IMG/VR virus record: IMGVR_UViG_3300037420_000217
Source of the DNA: an uncultured virus (IMG/VR IMGVR_UViG_3300037420_000217)
Taxonomy: Duplodnaviria > Heunggongvirae > Uroviricota > Caudoviricetes
Reading direction: 5' to 3' (one strand)
DNA: 64,000 nt
The translations under genes were made by a program, and so were the position numbers. Of the stretch, positions 17,436-27,256 are shown in pieces (the stretch's first letter is position 1; every line of letters starts with the position of its first letter). Below the pieces are notes generated by a model. The model ran no database searches, was not told the origin of the DNA, and saw only the letters and a program-made list of their open reading frames with translations.

Positions 17436-18302
17436 CTACTGCTTGGCCGCCGCTTCCTTGGCCGCCTTCAGGGCCTCAGCAGTGGCAGCCTTGGCTGCGG
17501 CGATCTGCTCCTTGGACGGCTTCGTCGGCCGGGGCGTATGCGCCAGAGGAACTTCCATACCCTTCGGCAGGGCCAGGCGATACACCAGCAGCTTGAAGTC
17601 GGGGTTATAAGCCGTGGTGCCGAAGCCCAGGCGGTTGGCCTCGTAGGTCCGACCCTGCTTGGCGAACTCCTCGCCGTTCAGCGCCTCGCTGGTCACGCCG
17701 TAGCCGGTCAGGTGGTTGATGTCCCAGGCGATCATCGAGCGGATGCTGACGCCGGTCCAGGGCTTGCCGTTGCGGGCAGCCTTGAGGGTGTCATACATCT
17801 CAGCGAAGGTGGCGCCTTGAGGACGGGCCAGCAGGTCCACCAGGGCGGCCTGAGCAGTGCCCTCCTTGCGGGGGAACACGCGGGTCTTGGCCTTCAGGTC
17901 GGTGAGCCGCACGACCTTGCGCAGCACCGGCATCTGGCTGTCCTTCTCCTTGTCATCGCTGGCGATGGGGAGCGACGGACCAACCGGCGGGGTCGGCGTC
18001 TGGTCCTTGGCGGCGGCCTTCGCCGCAGCAGCTTCCGCCTTCAGCCGATCCTTCTCGACCTTGGCGGCTTCCTTGGCCACATCCTTCTCGGCCTTGGTCG
18101 GGCCGCTAGCCGGAGCCGACGCCGCCTCGGTGAACGGAGCGGGGCGCTTCTCGGGCGCAACCATGCTCAGTACCTTGCGGGTCCGGTCCTCGGCGGTCTT
18201 GCGGTCGGCGAACTTGGTCACCGGCTTGTGGCCGAGCGCGTCAGCCAGGCCGTTGTAGGTATCGACCAGCACGTTGGTCGGGATGTCGTTGAAATTGATC
18301 AT
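17436..18302 (-). CDS. Ala/Lys-rich putative DNA-binding protein with DUF3489-like wHTH
   Basis: KEGTAQAALVDLLARPQGAT.AE pattern; strong codon bias; first gene after the promoter at 18361-18389. Confidence 0.65.
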   Translation of the reverse strand: MINFNDIPTNVLVDTYNGLADALGHKPVTKFADRKTAEDRTRKVLSMVAPEKRPAPFTEAASAPASGPTKAEKDVAKEAAKVEKDRLKAEAAAAKAAAKDQTPTPPVGPSLPIASDDKEKDSQMPVLRKVVRLTDLKAKTRVFPRKEGTAQAALVDLLARPQGATFAEMYDTLKAARNGKPWTGVSIRSMIAWDINHLTGYGVTSEALNGEEFAKQGRTYEANRLGFGTTAYNPDFKLLVYRLALPKGMEVPLAHTPRPTKPSKEQIAAAKAATAEALKAAKEAAAKQ

Positions 18303-18360
18303 GCGATTGTCCTCGGCTTCTTGATTCAGGGAGGGGTTAGGACCGCCTCAACGAGAACCA

Positions 18361-18389
18361 TTTGTAGTGCCACTCCGGGGATAGGTCAA
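18361..18389 (-). promoter_or_regulatory. Sigma70-type phage promoter TTGACC-N17-TACAAA with TATCCCC box
   Basis: Minus strand TTGACCTATCCCCGGAGTGGCACTACAAA. Confidence 0.75.
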
Positions 18390-18416
18390 GAGCCTTTCGG
18401 AGTAATTCTTGTCGCC

Positions 18417-18617
18417 TCAGATCAGGTCCTTGACCTCGCACAGCCAAGCCGGAACTTCCAGCTTGATCTTGGTGCCCTCCAACGGCTCATCCGGGACTTC
18501 GATTTTGCTGAGGGGGAGGTTCACCCTCACGTTGTGGTGGTTCATCACCCACCAGTTCAGCGCGTCGGCACGCATGAAGCGCACCTCCACTTCCACGAGT
18601 TCGTCACGTTTGGACAT
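18417..18617 (-). CDS. Small hypothetical protein (66 aa)
   Basis: GGAGG SD; LPLSKIE...VPAWL. Confidence 0.6.
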   Translation of the reverse strand: MSKRDELVEVEVRFMRADALNWWVMNHHNVRVNLPLSKIEVPDEPLEGTKIKLEVPAWLCEVKDLI

Positions 18618-18626
18618 GGTGTCCTC

Positions 18627-20597
18627 CTAGCGGATGGGGCAGACGCCGCTGGCGCATTCGTCGGCCAGCTCGTCCAGGTCCAGAGCCCCACCGAGCTTGG
18701 CGCTCCAGTCGATGGGCTGGAGCCCGGCGGTGTAGGCCTTGAATGTCTTTTCGTCCACGACTTCCTGCGGCAGGTAGGCTGCGCCGAAGTCCTTGGCGGT
18801 CTTGGTGGGGTCCGTGCGGAACGCCCACGACACTCCCACGTAGCTGTCCCAGTGCTGAAGCATCCAGTCGATGATGCCGGGGACCTCATCAGCGTCGTAG
18901 CTGATCGTGATGGAGCAATTCTGATCAACGAAGTTGTCCATCAGCAGCCGGTAGCGCTCCAGCTGGCTGATCGCAGGCTCAAGATTGACCGGCGTGCCGT
19001 GGAAGTCCTCGAACACCACCCCGGCGCTCTCCACCGGGAACTTGATCAGCACCTGCGTCTCTTGCGTCGGGTGCGGTCGCACCTCATAGCCGGCAGCCTT
19101 GAGGACGTCCACCAGAGGGTCCATGCGACCGTACACGATGGAGTTGAACACGTACCGGCCCAGCGGCTTGTGTGCCCCCTCGGTCGTGTCCATCACCTTG
19201 CTCAGCGTCCCGGACGGCTTGACGCAGGTGACGTTCTTGGGGCGCGGGGTGCCCAGCTCGTCAGCCATGCTCCAGGCCCCCATAGTGGCGGCGATCCGCA
19301 GCTGCTTCAGGTCGTGTGCGCCGAGGTCAGGGCGCATAGCCCAGCCAGTCCCGGACACACCGCAGAGGTGGAGAAACTCGTTGTTCTCGTGCCAGGCACG
19401 CTGCAGGATGCCGTCATCCAGGTTCACGAGGGTCTGGCGGTAGTTGGCGCGGCCGATCAGGTAGAACGTCCGGCTGAGCGCCGCGAGGTGCTGGTGGGCT
19501 TCGTGGGCCGTGTTAACTTCCGCCAGGTTGCAGAAGCCCTTGTCTGCCAGGAGGATTTCAACGCAGGGGTTGGCCGTGTCGAACCAAGGAGCGCGGCGAC
19601 GCGCGGCGGCGGCGTTGATGAACCCTGGCTCGTTGCCGCCGGAGGCCACGATCAGGTCGAATATGGAGTTGAGTTGTTCCCTGGTGGGCTTCTCCCAGAA
19701 CAGCAGTGAGTTGTTGGACTGCTGGCGCTGGAAGCGCGTCGGGTCGCTGTAGCAGTTCGTCTTGAACTTGATGAAGTCGCCCACCTCATCATCGTCCGCA
19801 TCCATCAGGAGGATTTCCGCGCCGCGACGGCCAGTCTGGATCACCCCCATGTGATTGATGATGTCCATGATGTCCACCTTGCGGAGCAGCTGTCCAGCGC
19901 GGCGGCTCATGATGGCGGCGATCTTGGGAAGCTCTTCACTGATCACCGTGTCACCGGAGGAGCGCCAGCCGTACCGACTGAGCATGCTGCCCTCCGGTCG
20001 CAGCTGGCTGAAGTCCAGCACCAGCTTGACAGCTGGGTACTTGCCAGCGAGCAGCTTGCCAATGGTCTTGGCCCAGGCTTCGCCGCTGTCCCCCACCTGG
20101 ATCATCCAGACCTTGGTCTCTGGGTCCCAGGTCTCGGTGTTGGTCTCCTTGCCGCCCTTTTCAGTGCGCTTGGAGCGGATGATCTCGATGTCTTGGATCG
20201 GCCTCATGAAGCCGTTGAGGCAACCGGTCTGCGGCTTCGCGCCGACGCCGCAGCCGTTGAGCAGCAGCCACATCATGTCAACCATGTCGTACACGGTCTT
20301 GGCAACCGCACCCGAGCAATTGAACATGCTGCACTCTCGGGTGTAGGCAATCTCGGTGCCACCCAGCCACATCGTGCGGCCTGCCGGTGCTGCTCGCCGG
20401 TCTGCAAACATAGCCTGGAGCTCATCCAGCTCTTGATCCTCGACAGTATTCAACACTCGTCCAAGCTGTCGTTCCCATAACCAACGCTGATGACGAATGA
20501 CCCTTGAGATAGTTTGCTCGTAAGTCTCATGTCCGTCGCCCAGCGGACGGGAATACGTGCGCATGAACACCGCCGCTGCGCGAGCTGACATAAGCAT
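18627..20597 (-). CDS. nrdJ: Class II (B12-dependent, monomeric RTPR-type) ribonucleotide reductase
   Basis: RTYSR, PAGR, FNCS, NPCVEI, CNLAE, VKPSGT, C-terminal CASGVC; no beta subunit gene nearby. Confidence 0.9.
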   Translation of the reverse strand: MLMSARAAAVFMRTYSRPLGDGHETYEQTISRVIRHQRWLWERQLGRVLNTVEDQELDELQAMFADRRAAPAGRTMWLGGTEIAYTRECSMFNCSGAVAKTVYDMVDMMWLLLNGCGVGAKPQTGCLNGFMRPIQDIEIIRSKRTEKGGKETNTETWDPETKVWMIQVGDSGEAWAKTIGKLLAGKYPAVKLVLDFSQLRPEGSMLSRYGWRSSGDTVISEELPKIAAIMSRRAGQLLRKVDIMDIINHMGVIQTGRRGAEILLMDADDDEVGDFIKFKTNCYSDPTRFQRQQSNNSLLFWEKPTREQLNSIFDLIVASGGNEPGFINAAAARRRAPWFDTANPCVEILLADKGFCNLAEVNTAHEAHQHLAALSRTFYLIGRANYRQTLVNLDDGILQRAWHENNEFLHLCGVSGTGWAMRPDLGAHDLKQLRIAATMGAWSMADELGTPRPKNVTCVKPSGTLSKVMDTTEGAHKPLGRYVFNSIVYGRMDPLVDVLKAAGYEVRPHPTQETQVLIKFPVESAGVVFEDFHGTPVNLEPAISQLERYRLLMDNFVDQNCSITISYDADEVPGIIDWMLQHWDSYVGVSWAFRTDPTKTAKDFGAAYLPQEVVDEKTFKAYTAGLQPIDWSAKLGGALDLDELADECASGVCPIR

Positions 20598-20599
20598 GA

Positions 20600-21046
20600 C
20601 TACTTAACCTTTGTCTGATATCGACCGTTCAGCCAACCATCTTTACAAGATTGACGCTGCTTGGCCTTAGTTTGCGGTGAGGTGATATGCTTCAGCACCT
20701 CCTGACGCCGCTCAGGATCGGCCCACCGACGCTTTGCTGCTTCAGACATGCGCTGTTTGATCTCTGCAGTAAAGCCAACGTGCTTTCCTCCAGAGGCCAT
20801 GTTGTAACCACCTGGCTCGATAGTTTGGAAGCGCTCTATCAACAACGCCTCCATCTCATAGCAGTATGACTCAGGACCTTCCAGCAACCTCTTAAGCGTC
20901 ATGTTCATGGCGCCGTGCTTGCGTATGGCTCGGCCAATCAACCAATTCGACCTAGCATGTTCCTTGAAGCGGCCTTCGGGATCGATAGACACGCCTATGT
21001 ACTGCTGACCGTTGGGGGCCGTTATGCAGTACACAAACGCCATCAT
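20600..21046 (-). mobile_element. Free-standing GIY-YIG homing endonuclease
   Basis: VYCIT..NGQQYIG.S...R..EH...E..LI...GYNM; AT-richer than flanks. Confidence 0.75.
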
Positions 21047-21240
21047 GGTTCCTTACGCTTAAGACGGGCAGAGGCCTCGCGACACAGTTCAGCGGCGCGG
21101 GCGTAGTTCGTAGCCGCGAGGTCGAGCGCGGCGATAGATGCACGACGTTGAATCACCATCCTGAGCAAAGGTTGCTCAGCGCTCAGCGCCAGCTTGCGGG
21201 CCTGATCAACAATCGCACCCAGGTCAGACGGCTCACTCAC
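21043..21240 (-). CDS. Small hypothetical protein (65 aa)
   Basis: GTG start at 21240, ATGA overlap downstream. Confidence 0.45.
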   Translation of the reverse strand: MSEPSDLGAIVDQARKLALSAEQPLLRMVIQRRASIAALDLAATNYARAAELCREASARLKRKEP

Positions 21241-21418
21241 ACCCCACGTCCTTGTAGTGGATGCCCTGCCTGATCTTGTAGATCGTGCTCTCACCGCACT
21301 GGAAGTGGTAGGCCCAGCTCTGGGCTGTGCCGCTCGCACGGATCATGCGCACCTCCTCAGGCGTGAACGTGCGTTTGCCGCCGCTCACTGGCTTCCGGGG
21401 TGTGAGCTTGTGGTTCAC
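21233..21418 (-). CDS. Small HTH protein (61 aa)
   Basis: FTPEEVRMIR...WAYHFQCGESTIYKIRQGIHYKDV resembles HTH tails of phage endonucleases. Confidence 0.6.
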   Translation of the reverse strand: MNHKLTPRKPVSGGKRTFTPEEVRMIRASGTAQSWAYHFQCGESTIYKIRQGIHYKDVGCE

Positions 21419-22623
21419 CGCTGAACAACCGTCAGTCTTTCAGCCGCTCTTGTTATACCTGTATACAGCCACTTGGCGTGGTTCTCCGCACGCGGCCAAT
21501 CATCGAACAGCAGGACCTCATCCCACTGCGAGCCCTGCGACTTGTGGACGGTGAGACACTCGCCGAAGGTGAACTGGTTGTTGTTCGAGAACTGCGGCTT
21601 GGTGGTCTCGTCCAGGAAAATGGTCGCGTCACAGGGGATGCCGATCACAGCCCCGCCGCTGTCCGGCCGGATGCGGAGGTGGACCGTCTGGTCACCGGCC
21701 TCATAGTGGGTGTTGGCGTCCTCGTCAGCGATCCAGAGCGTGCCGTTGAGCAACCCCAGGTCGTGATTGTTCCGCAGACACACCAGCCGCTCTCCAGCCT
21801 CTGGCATTGGGCTGGTATGGCCGTCCAGCTGACGGTGACGCATGTTGATCGACATCCGCAGCTTGTTCGTGCCGCAGAGCACCATGTCGGCTTCGCGAGC
21901 CGTCTTAGCGTCCACCGAGCCCCAGCGGACCACGCGAGCTGCACCCAGATCACAGAAGCTCAGACGCCTGCCCTCCCGCACATCCGTAGCCAGACGGATG
22001 ATGGGGCTATCCTTAGCCTGGCGGTGGACTTCGGTGAGCAGGAACTCGCACTTGCCGTCCACCATGAAGCCTGCGTCACCCACCGGGTCCAGCTGACCAG
22101 GGTCGCCCAGCAGCAAGACCTTCACGCCGAAGCTCAGCAAGTCCTCACCCATGCGGACCCCGACCATGGACCGTTCGTCCACGATCACCACCTGGTAGCT
22201 CTGGATGGCCGAGCCTTCCGCCAGCACGAAGGTTGGCCGCCCGGCTTGGGCTTCCGCCTCACGCAGCGAGCGGCGCACCGCGTCCATCCGGGCCAGCAGA
22301 CCCTTGGAGGGCGTGCGAACCCGCTCCAGCATCTCCAGCTCGTTCTTGAGCTCAACCACCCTGGTCTTGTCGGAGCCGGTGGGCACGTAGATGAGCCGGT
22401 GGATGGTGGTGGCGTTGCCCAGACCCTTCGACGCGAGGACGCTCGCAGCCTTGCCGGTGAAGGCGCAGGCCACCGCATTGAACTCGTTGTAGATGTCGCG
22501 GGCGAGGGTGGTCTTGCCGGTGCCGGCAAAGCCGTCCAGGCGGAACACCTGAGGGCTGGACGGATCGTTGAGCCAGACCCGAACCTTGGCCAGCGCGTGC
22601 TGTTGCTGAGGTGACCACTCCAT
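21415..22623 (-). CDS. RecD/Dda-like SF1 helicase
   Basis: GFAGTGKTT, TIHRLIY, VDE.SMV, GD..QL, EVHRQ, TVHKSQGSQW, YTGITRA. Confidence 0.9.
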   Translation of the reverse strand: MEWSPQQQHALAKVRVWLNDPSSPQVFRLDGFAGTGKTTLARDIYNEFNAVACAFTGKAASVLASKGLGNATTIHRLIYVPTGSDKTRVVELKNELEMLERVRTPSKGLLARMDAVRRSLREAEAQAGRPTFVLAEGSAIQSYQVVIVDERSMVGVRMGEDLLSFGVKVLLLGDPGQLDPVGDAGFMVDGKCEFLLTEVHRQAKDSPIIRLATDVREGRRLSFCDLGAARVVRWGSVDAKTAREADMVLCGTNKLRMSINMRHRQLDGHTSPMPEAGERLVCLRNNHDLGLLNGTLWIADEDANTHYEAGDQTVHLRIRPDSGGAVIGIPCDATIFLDETTKPQFSNNNQFTFGECLTVHKSQGSQWDEVLLFDDWPRAENHAKWLYTGITRAAERLTVVQR

Positions 22624-22626
22624 GGC

Positions 22627-22902
22627 TCAGACCTTCAGCCCCGGACGCATCAGCGTCGCTTCGACGTGGGGAGGGCCGTCAATCTGGCGGACCAGGAGCG
22701 CGCACCGCATGCCCCAGCAGGTCACGCCTTCCAGGCTCCTGGGCTCAGTCACCCACGACCGAGACAGGACCACGTAGGCCCGTCCCTCGTGCGAGAGGTT
22801 GTCGCCCTTGATCGGAGCTTCCGGGAGGTCCACCGACAGGACCTTGGGCGGGTCCTCATCATCGGGACCACGCATCAACAGCAGCTCAACCTTCACGCTC
22901 AT
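22627..22902 (-). CDS. Hypothetical protein (91 aa)
   Basis: ATG 22902 preceded by GAGGAG. Confidence 0.55.
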   Translation of the reverse strand: MSVKVELLLMRGPDDEDPPKVLSVDLPEAPIKGDNLSHEGRAYVVLSRSWVTEPRSLEGVTCWGMRCALLVRQIDGPPHVEATLMRPGLKV

Positions 22903-23017
22903 CTCCTCAGCTTCTACGGCCTCAGGCTCCCCACCTGCAGATGGGGAGCCCTTTTGTCGCCGTCCTCCTGAGGGGGTCAAATCCCTCACCCGTCAGGCGT
23001 AGGTCGTGGTTGACGCC

Positions 23018-23926
23018 CTAGTAAGGCGCGTCAGCCGCGTTGACGTCACCCTTCTGCGGCGCGGCGTCGCCGGTCTCTTCACGGGTCAGGCTGGAGGTGT
23101 CGGCCTTGGTGCGGCCGGTGCTCACGCCTTCATGGACCGACTTGGCCAGCTCGTACAGAGCCGAACCAGCCGGGACGCGGCTGTCCACAGCGTCCTTGCC
23201 GGCGAAGCCGACGCTGATGCCGTACCACTTGAAGCCGTTCTTCTCGGTCCAGACGGTGCGGATGCTGTAGGCGAACGCCCAGAGCGGCATCTGCTTGGCG
23301 GTGATCTTGGCACCAGTCTTGGGGTTGGTGAGGACGATGGAGCGAGCCCTGAACATCCAGTCCTTGTAGGGCTTGATGTGCGTGGACTGGAAGCCCATGA
23401 CCGCCGGCACGCCGTTGCCGTCACGGTCCACGGCGACGCCGTACACGGTGAAGGTCTCGATGAGGTCGTTCTTGTTGTCTGGGTGCACGTACTTGCCCAG
23501 GGGCTGGGACTCCCGGACCTGCTTGATCAGATCGCTGTCGATGGCGTGCATGCCGACCAGGCCGCCGCCGTTGTCCCGAGGAATGAACTCCAGGAACGTG
23601 TGTTCCGTGTAGGACGGGATGAACGTCATGCCGGTCTTGGCGTCGCCGTACACATCATCGGTGGTGTTGTTGATGATCTGACCGGCCTTGACAGTCGCGT
23701 CGGGCTGCTGGACCTTGGGCGAGCCCGGCTGCAGCACGATGAAGAACGGAACGCTGACGTCCTCGGCGGTCTGGTTCTCAGTGCCCAGCCCGGCGTCGTT
23801 GCCGTAGTCCCATTCATCGGTCACGGCCAGGGCCGTGCCGGGGGCACCAGCGACCAGATCGGTGCCGGGCGTTTCTTCGATCACTTCGCCGGTGGACTGG
23901 TCCACCTTCTCTTTGGCCGCAGCCAT
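23018..23926 (-). CDS. Putative single-stranded DNA-binding/annealing protein
   Basis: Replication-module position, strong codon bias, acidic-aromatic C-terminus (DAPY); function inferred. Confidence 0.55.
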   Translation of the reverse strand: MAAAKEKVDQSTGEVIEETPGTDLVAGAPGTALAVTDEWDYGNDAGLGTENQTAEDVSVPFFIVLQPGSPKVQQPDATVKAGQIINNTTDDVYGDAKTGMTFIPSYTEHTFLEFIPRDNGGGLVGMHAIDSDLIKQVRESQPLGKYVHPDNKNDLIETFTVYGVAVDRDGNGVPAVMGFQSTHIKPYKDWMFRARSIVLTNPKTGAKITAKQMPLWAFAYSIRTVWTEKNGFKWYGISVGFAGKDAVDSRVPAGSALYELAKSVHEGVSTGRTKADTSSLTREETGDAAPQKGDVNAADAPY

Positions 23927-23988
23927 GCTTGTATTCCTTTAGTTGAATTGAGGTGGTCTCTTTACCGTGCACCAGCTCTTGGCACGTC

Positions 23989-24603
23989 TCAGCTGCCAGA
24001 CGGTTTCCCGACCATGACACCTTTGATCTTGACGGTCTTGCGGACGTAAGCCCCCAGGAGTGCCATGGGGACTTCCTTGCCCTCCTTGATCATCTCCCGC
24101 AGAGCCGCCGCAAGGCTCATGGCGTGGACGGACTGCGTGTCGGTGGGCGTGAACCCAGCCTCCAGGATCAGGTCCAGGACCTCAGCCGCCTTCTGGTTCT
24201 CACCAGCGTCGAAGCCCAGCTCAATCTTGCGCTTGATGATGGCGCTCTGGTGGTTCGCCGTCAACCACATGATGGCCTGCGGCAGGTTGGCCTTCGGAAT
24301 GGACGCATACAGCGTCTCGTCCAGTTCGATCTGGTCGCCGTCCGACGTCTTGAGCTTATCCTGCTCAGCCTCGGACATGGCCTCCGGCAGCAGGAACTCC
24401 ACCAGGTTGCGGTAGGCGTCCTGCTTGGTCTTCAGCTCCTCCAGAGCCCTGTTGACCTCGATGGCCGCCTGCTTCGCTTCCCGCGTCAGCCGGGTGATCT
24501 TGTTGAGGATGTTCTCAGACTCAGCCGGAGCCTGTTGGGCGTCTGCCTCATAGGCGGCGAAGTCATCCTCAGCCTCGCCGCCAATGCCTGGAATGGCCGA
24601 CAT
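23989..24603 (-). CDS. Conserved replication-module coiled-coil protein (204 aa)
   Basis: LPEAM.E...VH..SL.A...E pattern seen next to SSB genes in such modules. Confidence 0.65.
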   Translation of the reverse strand: MSAIPGIGGEAEDDFAAYEADAQQAPAESENILNKITRLTREAKQAAIEVNRALEELKTKQDAYRNLVEFLLPEAMSEAEQDKLKTSDGDQIELDETLYASIPKANLPQAIMWLTANHQSAIIKRKIELGFDAGENQKAAEVLDLILEAGFTPTDTQSVHAMSLAAALREMIKEGKEVPMALLGAYVRKTVKIKGVMVGKPSGS

Positions 24604-24604
24604 G

Positions 24605-25000
24605 TTAGCGAGCCGCCCGGAAGCGGCGCTTGGCCTTGCTGTCGGGGGTCCGGTTGGCCTTGGAGAAGGCGTGCTCAGCCGGGGTCATGCCATAATCCTC
24701 ATGGCCACGGCCGATGTTGGCGAACACCAACGGGCGACCGGACAGCTTCAGCTGTTGGCGTGCCTTCAGCAGTCCGCCGCGCTCGTAGTAGCTGCCGTTG
24801 TTGCCGACGACGTGTTCCACCTTGACGCTCCCCATGTAGAGTTTGTGGCCCTTGTACTTGCGGAACGTCTTGGACGGCTGGCGATGCTTCGGCACCGGGC
24901 GCGGGTTGGTACGCCGCATGAGGATGGAAGCCTCACGCTGGCTGACGCCCATCTTGTCAAGCACGCTCAGCGACGGACGGTTGCGGTTCAGACTTCCCAT
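24605..25000 (-). CDS. Highly basic hypothetical protein (131 aa)
   Basis: AGAAACTGAGG leader; Arg/Lys rich. Confidence 0.6.
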   Translation of the reverse strand: MGSLNRNRPSLSVLDKMGVSQREASILMRRTNPRPVPKHRQPSKTFRKYKGHKLYMGSVKVEHVVGNNGSYYERGGLLKARQQLKLSGRPLVFANIGRGHEDYGMTPAEHAFSKANRTPDSKAKRRFRAAR

Positions 25001-25048
25001 GGTAGGCTCGCCTCAGTTTCTCTGCACAGTGTTAAGGGAAGCCGCAGC

Positions 25049-25426
25049 CTATCCCCGGCCGGTGAGACCAGCGAGCCCTGGCAGTTGTACCTCAACCGGC
25101 CGATACTGTCTGTCCGACCGGCTCCACTGGAGCACCCGCAAGGAGCCCACCTGACTCGCGGCCACAGCTGACACGACGGCGATCAGGGCAGGGTTGCCCA
25201 CCAACACCAGGAAGTCGTCACGGCAGAAGCCGCGCTGCACCAGGTAGTTGTGGACCCGGCGGGCCGTCCCGGTCAGGTCCTTGAAGGGGTTCTCAGTCTC
25301 GGTCAGGATGAAGTGCAGCTCGCCGTAATCGGCAGCTGGGGTGAGGTCCATGGTGTTGCGGACGGTCCCACTCTTGGGATCGCGACCTGTGGGTTGTTGG
25401 ACCGCAAACACACGCGGCTTATTCAT
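25049..25426 (-). CDS. Hypothetical phage protein (125 aa)
   Basis: Coupled to the helicase stop; YGEL...DDFLVLVGNP...LQW. Confidence 0.65.
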   Translation of the reverse strand: MNKPRVFAVQQPTGRDPKSGTVRNTMDLTPAADYGELHFILTETENPFKDLTGTARRVHNYLVQRGFCRDDFLVLVGNPALIAVVSAVAASQVGSLRVLQWSRSDRQYRPVEVQLPGLAGLTGRG

Positions 25427-26903
25427 CTGACAGAGCCTCCATGAGCCAGGCTCTGAGCGTTTCCTGCTTGTCGCCGAGAATTGAACCGGTGACGTCCCGC
25501 TTCTCCTTTAGGTCCCGAAGGGTCTTGGCGTCAAGGGTCCTCTCGGCAAGAAGGTCGATGTATGTCACATGGTTCGCTTGTCCGATCCTGTGATTACGAT
25601 CCTCGGACTGAAGACGGTTCAACAGTTTCGGCGAATTACTATAATAGATTGTCGTGTCGGCTTCATTCAGAGTGAAGCCTTCTCGCATGTTACTATCAAT
25701 GTTCGCGATCAGTACATCAACCTTACCTTCGTGGAAGGCGTCGATGGACAGATGCGGCTTGGTGCCGTCAAAGATCGCGGTGCGCAGCTTGGCCGCCTTC
25801 GCCACCTGAGCCGCCAGCTGGCAGTCGAAGGTGTACCGTCCCCAGATGATGGCAGGCCTGTACAGGTCCTCCAGGATCGTCTGCAGCAGCCTCGCTCGCG
25901 GGTTCGGGGCGAAGGGGATGGCTGCCTGTCCAGCCTCAGGGATGATGAACCCGCAGCCGATCTGGGTCAGCTTGTTGTGAAGGTTCATAGCCATGTCGGC
26001 TGTAATCAGCTCGCCAGACTCAAGGAACGTCATGGTTTCGGACTTGAGCTGCTCATACGCCGTGCGCTGAGAGTTGGTCAGCTCGTGGAACATCCGCTTG
26101 TAGGTCTTGGGCGGAAGGTCCAGCGCCTCATCCTTCGTCACCCGGCTGCCAATCTCCTTGAGGTTCTCCTCAAGCTGGTCCAGGTCTCTGTAGCTCTGAA
26201 TCTTGGGGAATTCACGACCCTCGTTGGTCTTGATCTTGATGATGTTGGCGAAGCGGTTCTTGAAGGCTGTGAAGCCGCCCACCGAGAACGACCGCACCCA
26301 CCAGTGGGCGTCCAGGAACCGCACCTGGCTGTAGATGTCGAAGGGGGTGTCCATAGGAGTGCCCGAGGCAATCCGGCGGTACTTGGCGTACACCGAGCTG
26401 GCGATCACTCGCTTGGTGCGGCTCGTGTCTGGGGTCTTGAAGCGCTGGCTCTCATCCCCAATGTACATGAACTTGCGGCTGCGGATGAAGTCCCAGGACG
26501 CCCGCTTGCCTGCGTCTGTCATCAGGGCGTCGTAGCTCATACACAGCACGGCGCAGGGTGGCGACAGGCTGAGGAACCGCTTCCAGGCGGCCTGGAAGCT
26601 CTTGTTGTTCGCCTTCTCGGTATCCCAGCAGAACGCCTCATAGGCCGGGACGTCCTTTGGCCAGTGCTTGGGAAGCTCCTCCACGTACCAGTTGCGGTGA
26701 ACCCCATTGGGGGCGAGGACGAACACCGCATCAATCTCCTGCTCGACCAGGAGCATCGCGACATTGTCGATGAGGGCCTTGGTCTTGCCGGTCCCCTGCT
26801 CCCAGAACAGCGCATATGAAGCGCGGCGAGCAGCAACAGCCAGAAACTCTGCTTGGTGCTTCAGAGGTGGGAATACAGGCGTGAAGGGGATTTCTTCTGA
26901 CAA
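25419..26903 (-). CDS. SNF2-family (SF2) DNA helicase
   Basis: EQGTGKT, GDESQ, ASGTP, EGFTL..A, QSEDRNHRIGQ. Confidence 0.9.
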   Translation of the reverse strand: MSEEIPFTPVFPPLKHQAEFLAVAARRASYALFWEQGTGKTKALIDNVAMLLVEQEIDAVFVLAPNGVHRNWYVEELPKHWPKDVPAYEAFCWDTEKANNKSFQAAWKRFLSLSPPCAVLCMSYDALMTDAGKRASWDFIRSRKFMYIGDESQRFKTPDTSRTKRVIASSVYAKYRRIASGTPMDTPFDIYSQVRFLDAHWWVRSFSVGGFTAFKNRFANIIKIKTNEGREFPKIQSYRDLDQLEENLKEIGSRVTKDEALDLPPKTYKRMFHELTNSQRTAYEQLKSETMTFLESGELITADMAMNLHNKLTQIGCGFIIPEAGQAAIPFAPNPRARLLQTILEDLYRPAIIWGRYTFDCQLAAQVAKAAKLRTAIFDGTKPHLSIDAFHEGKVDVLIANIDSNMREGFTLNEADTTIYYSNSPKLLNRLQSEDRNHRIGQANHVTYIDLLAERTLDAKTLRDLKEKRDVTGSILGDKQETLRAWLMEALSDE

Positions 26904-26978
26904 GACGGACCTCAGTTTCTGTAGGCTGTCAGATTACCTCGACCGCGAGCCCAGACGCGAGGGCGTGGTCATTGGGTG

Positions 26979-27250
26979 CCTACTTACCTTCTTAGGTTCG
27001 TGGATCATGGATCAATTGAACATAAGAAGGAAAAGGTCGTGTGAATTCAGGGCTCTAAATACTGGTTTCTTACCTTCTTAGGATTAGGGGGTTAAAATTC
27101 CTGGACATAATCGCGGTGTCTGTCTCGGAACTGCAAATCCACCTAAGTAACCTAAGAAGGTAAGAAACGTGCCATTTATCCCTGGAGCTTCCAACTGTTA
27201 GCCCTACTTAGGAACAATTGGTGCTCGACAGGTGAACCTAAGAAGGTAAG
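26979..27250. repeat. AT-rich iteron-like repeats, candidate replication origin
   Basis: CTTACCTTCTTAGG at 26983 and 27069; its reverse complement CCTAAGAAGGTAAG at 27151 and 27237; partial copies between; non-coding gap upstream of the replication operon. Confidence 0.7.
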
Positions 27251-27256
27251 TAATTC

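Noticed and set aside
17385..19709. Long plus-strand ORFs (774 aa here; also 41696-43321, 44301-45833, 45823-47076 and others)
   Set aside because: Antisense shadows of strongly codon-biased GC-rich minus-strand genes; no motifs
22955..23010. T-arm-like GAGGG-GGTCAAAT-CCCTC hairpin suggesting a tRNA
   Set aside because: No acceptor, D or anticodon arms could be folded, and TTC is missing
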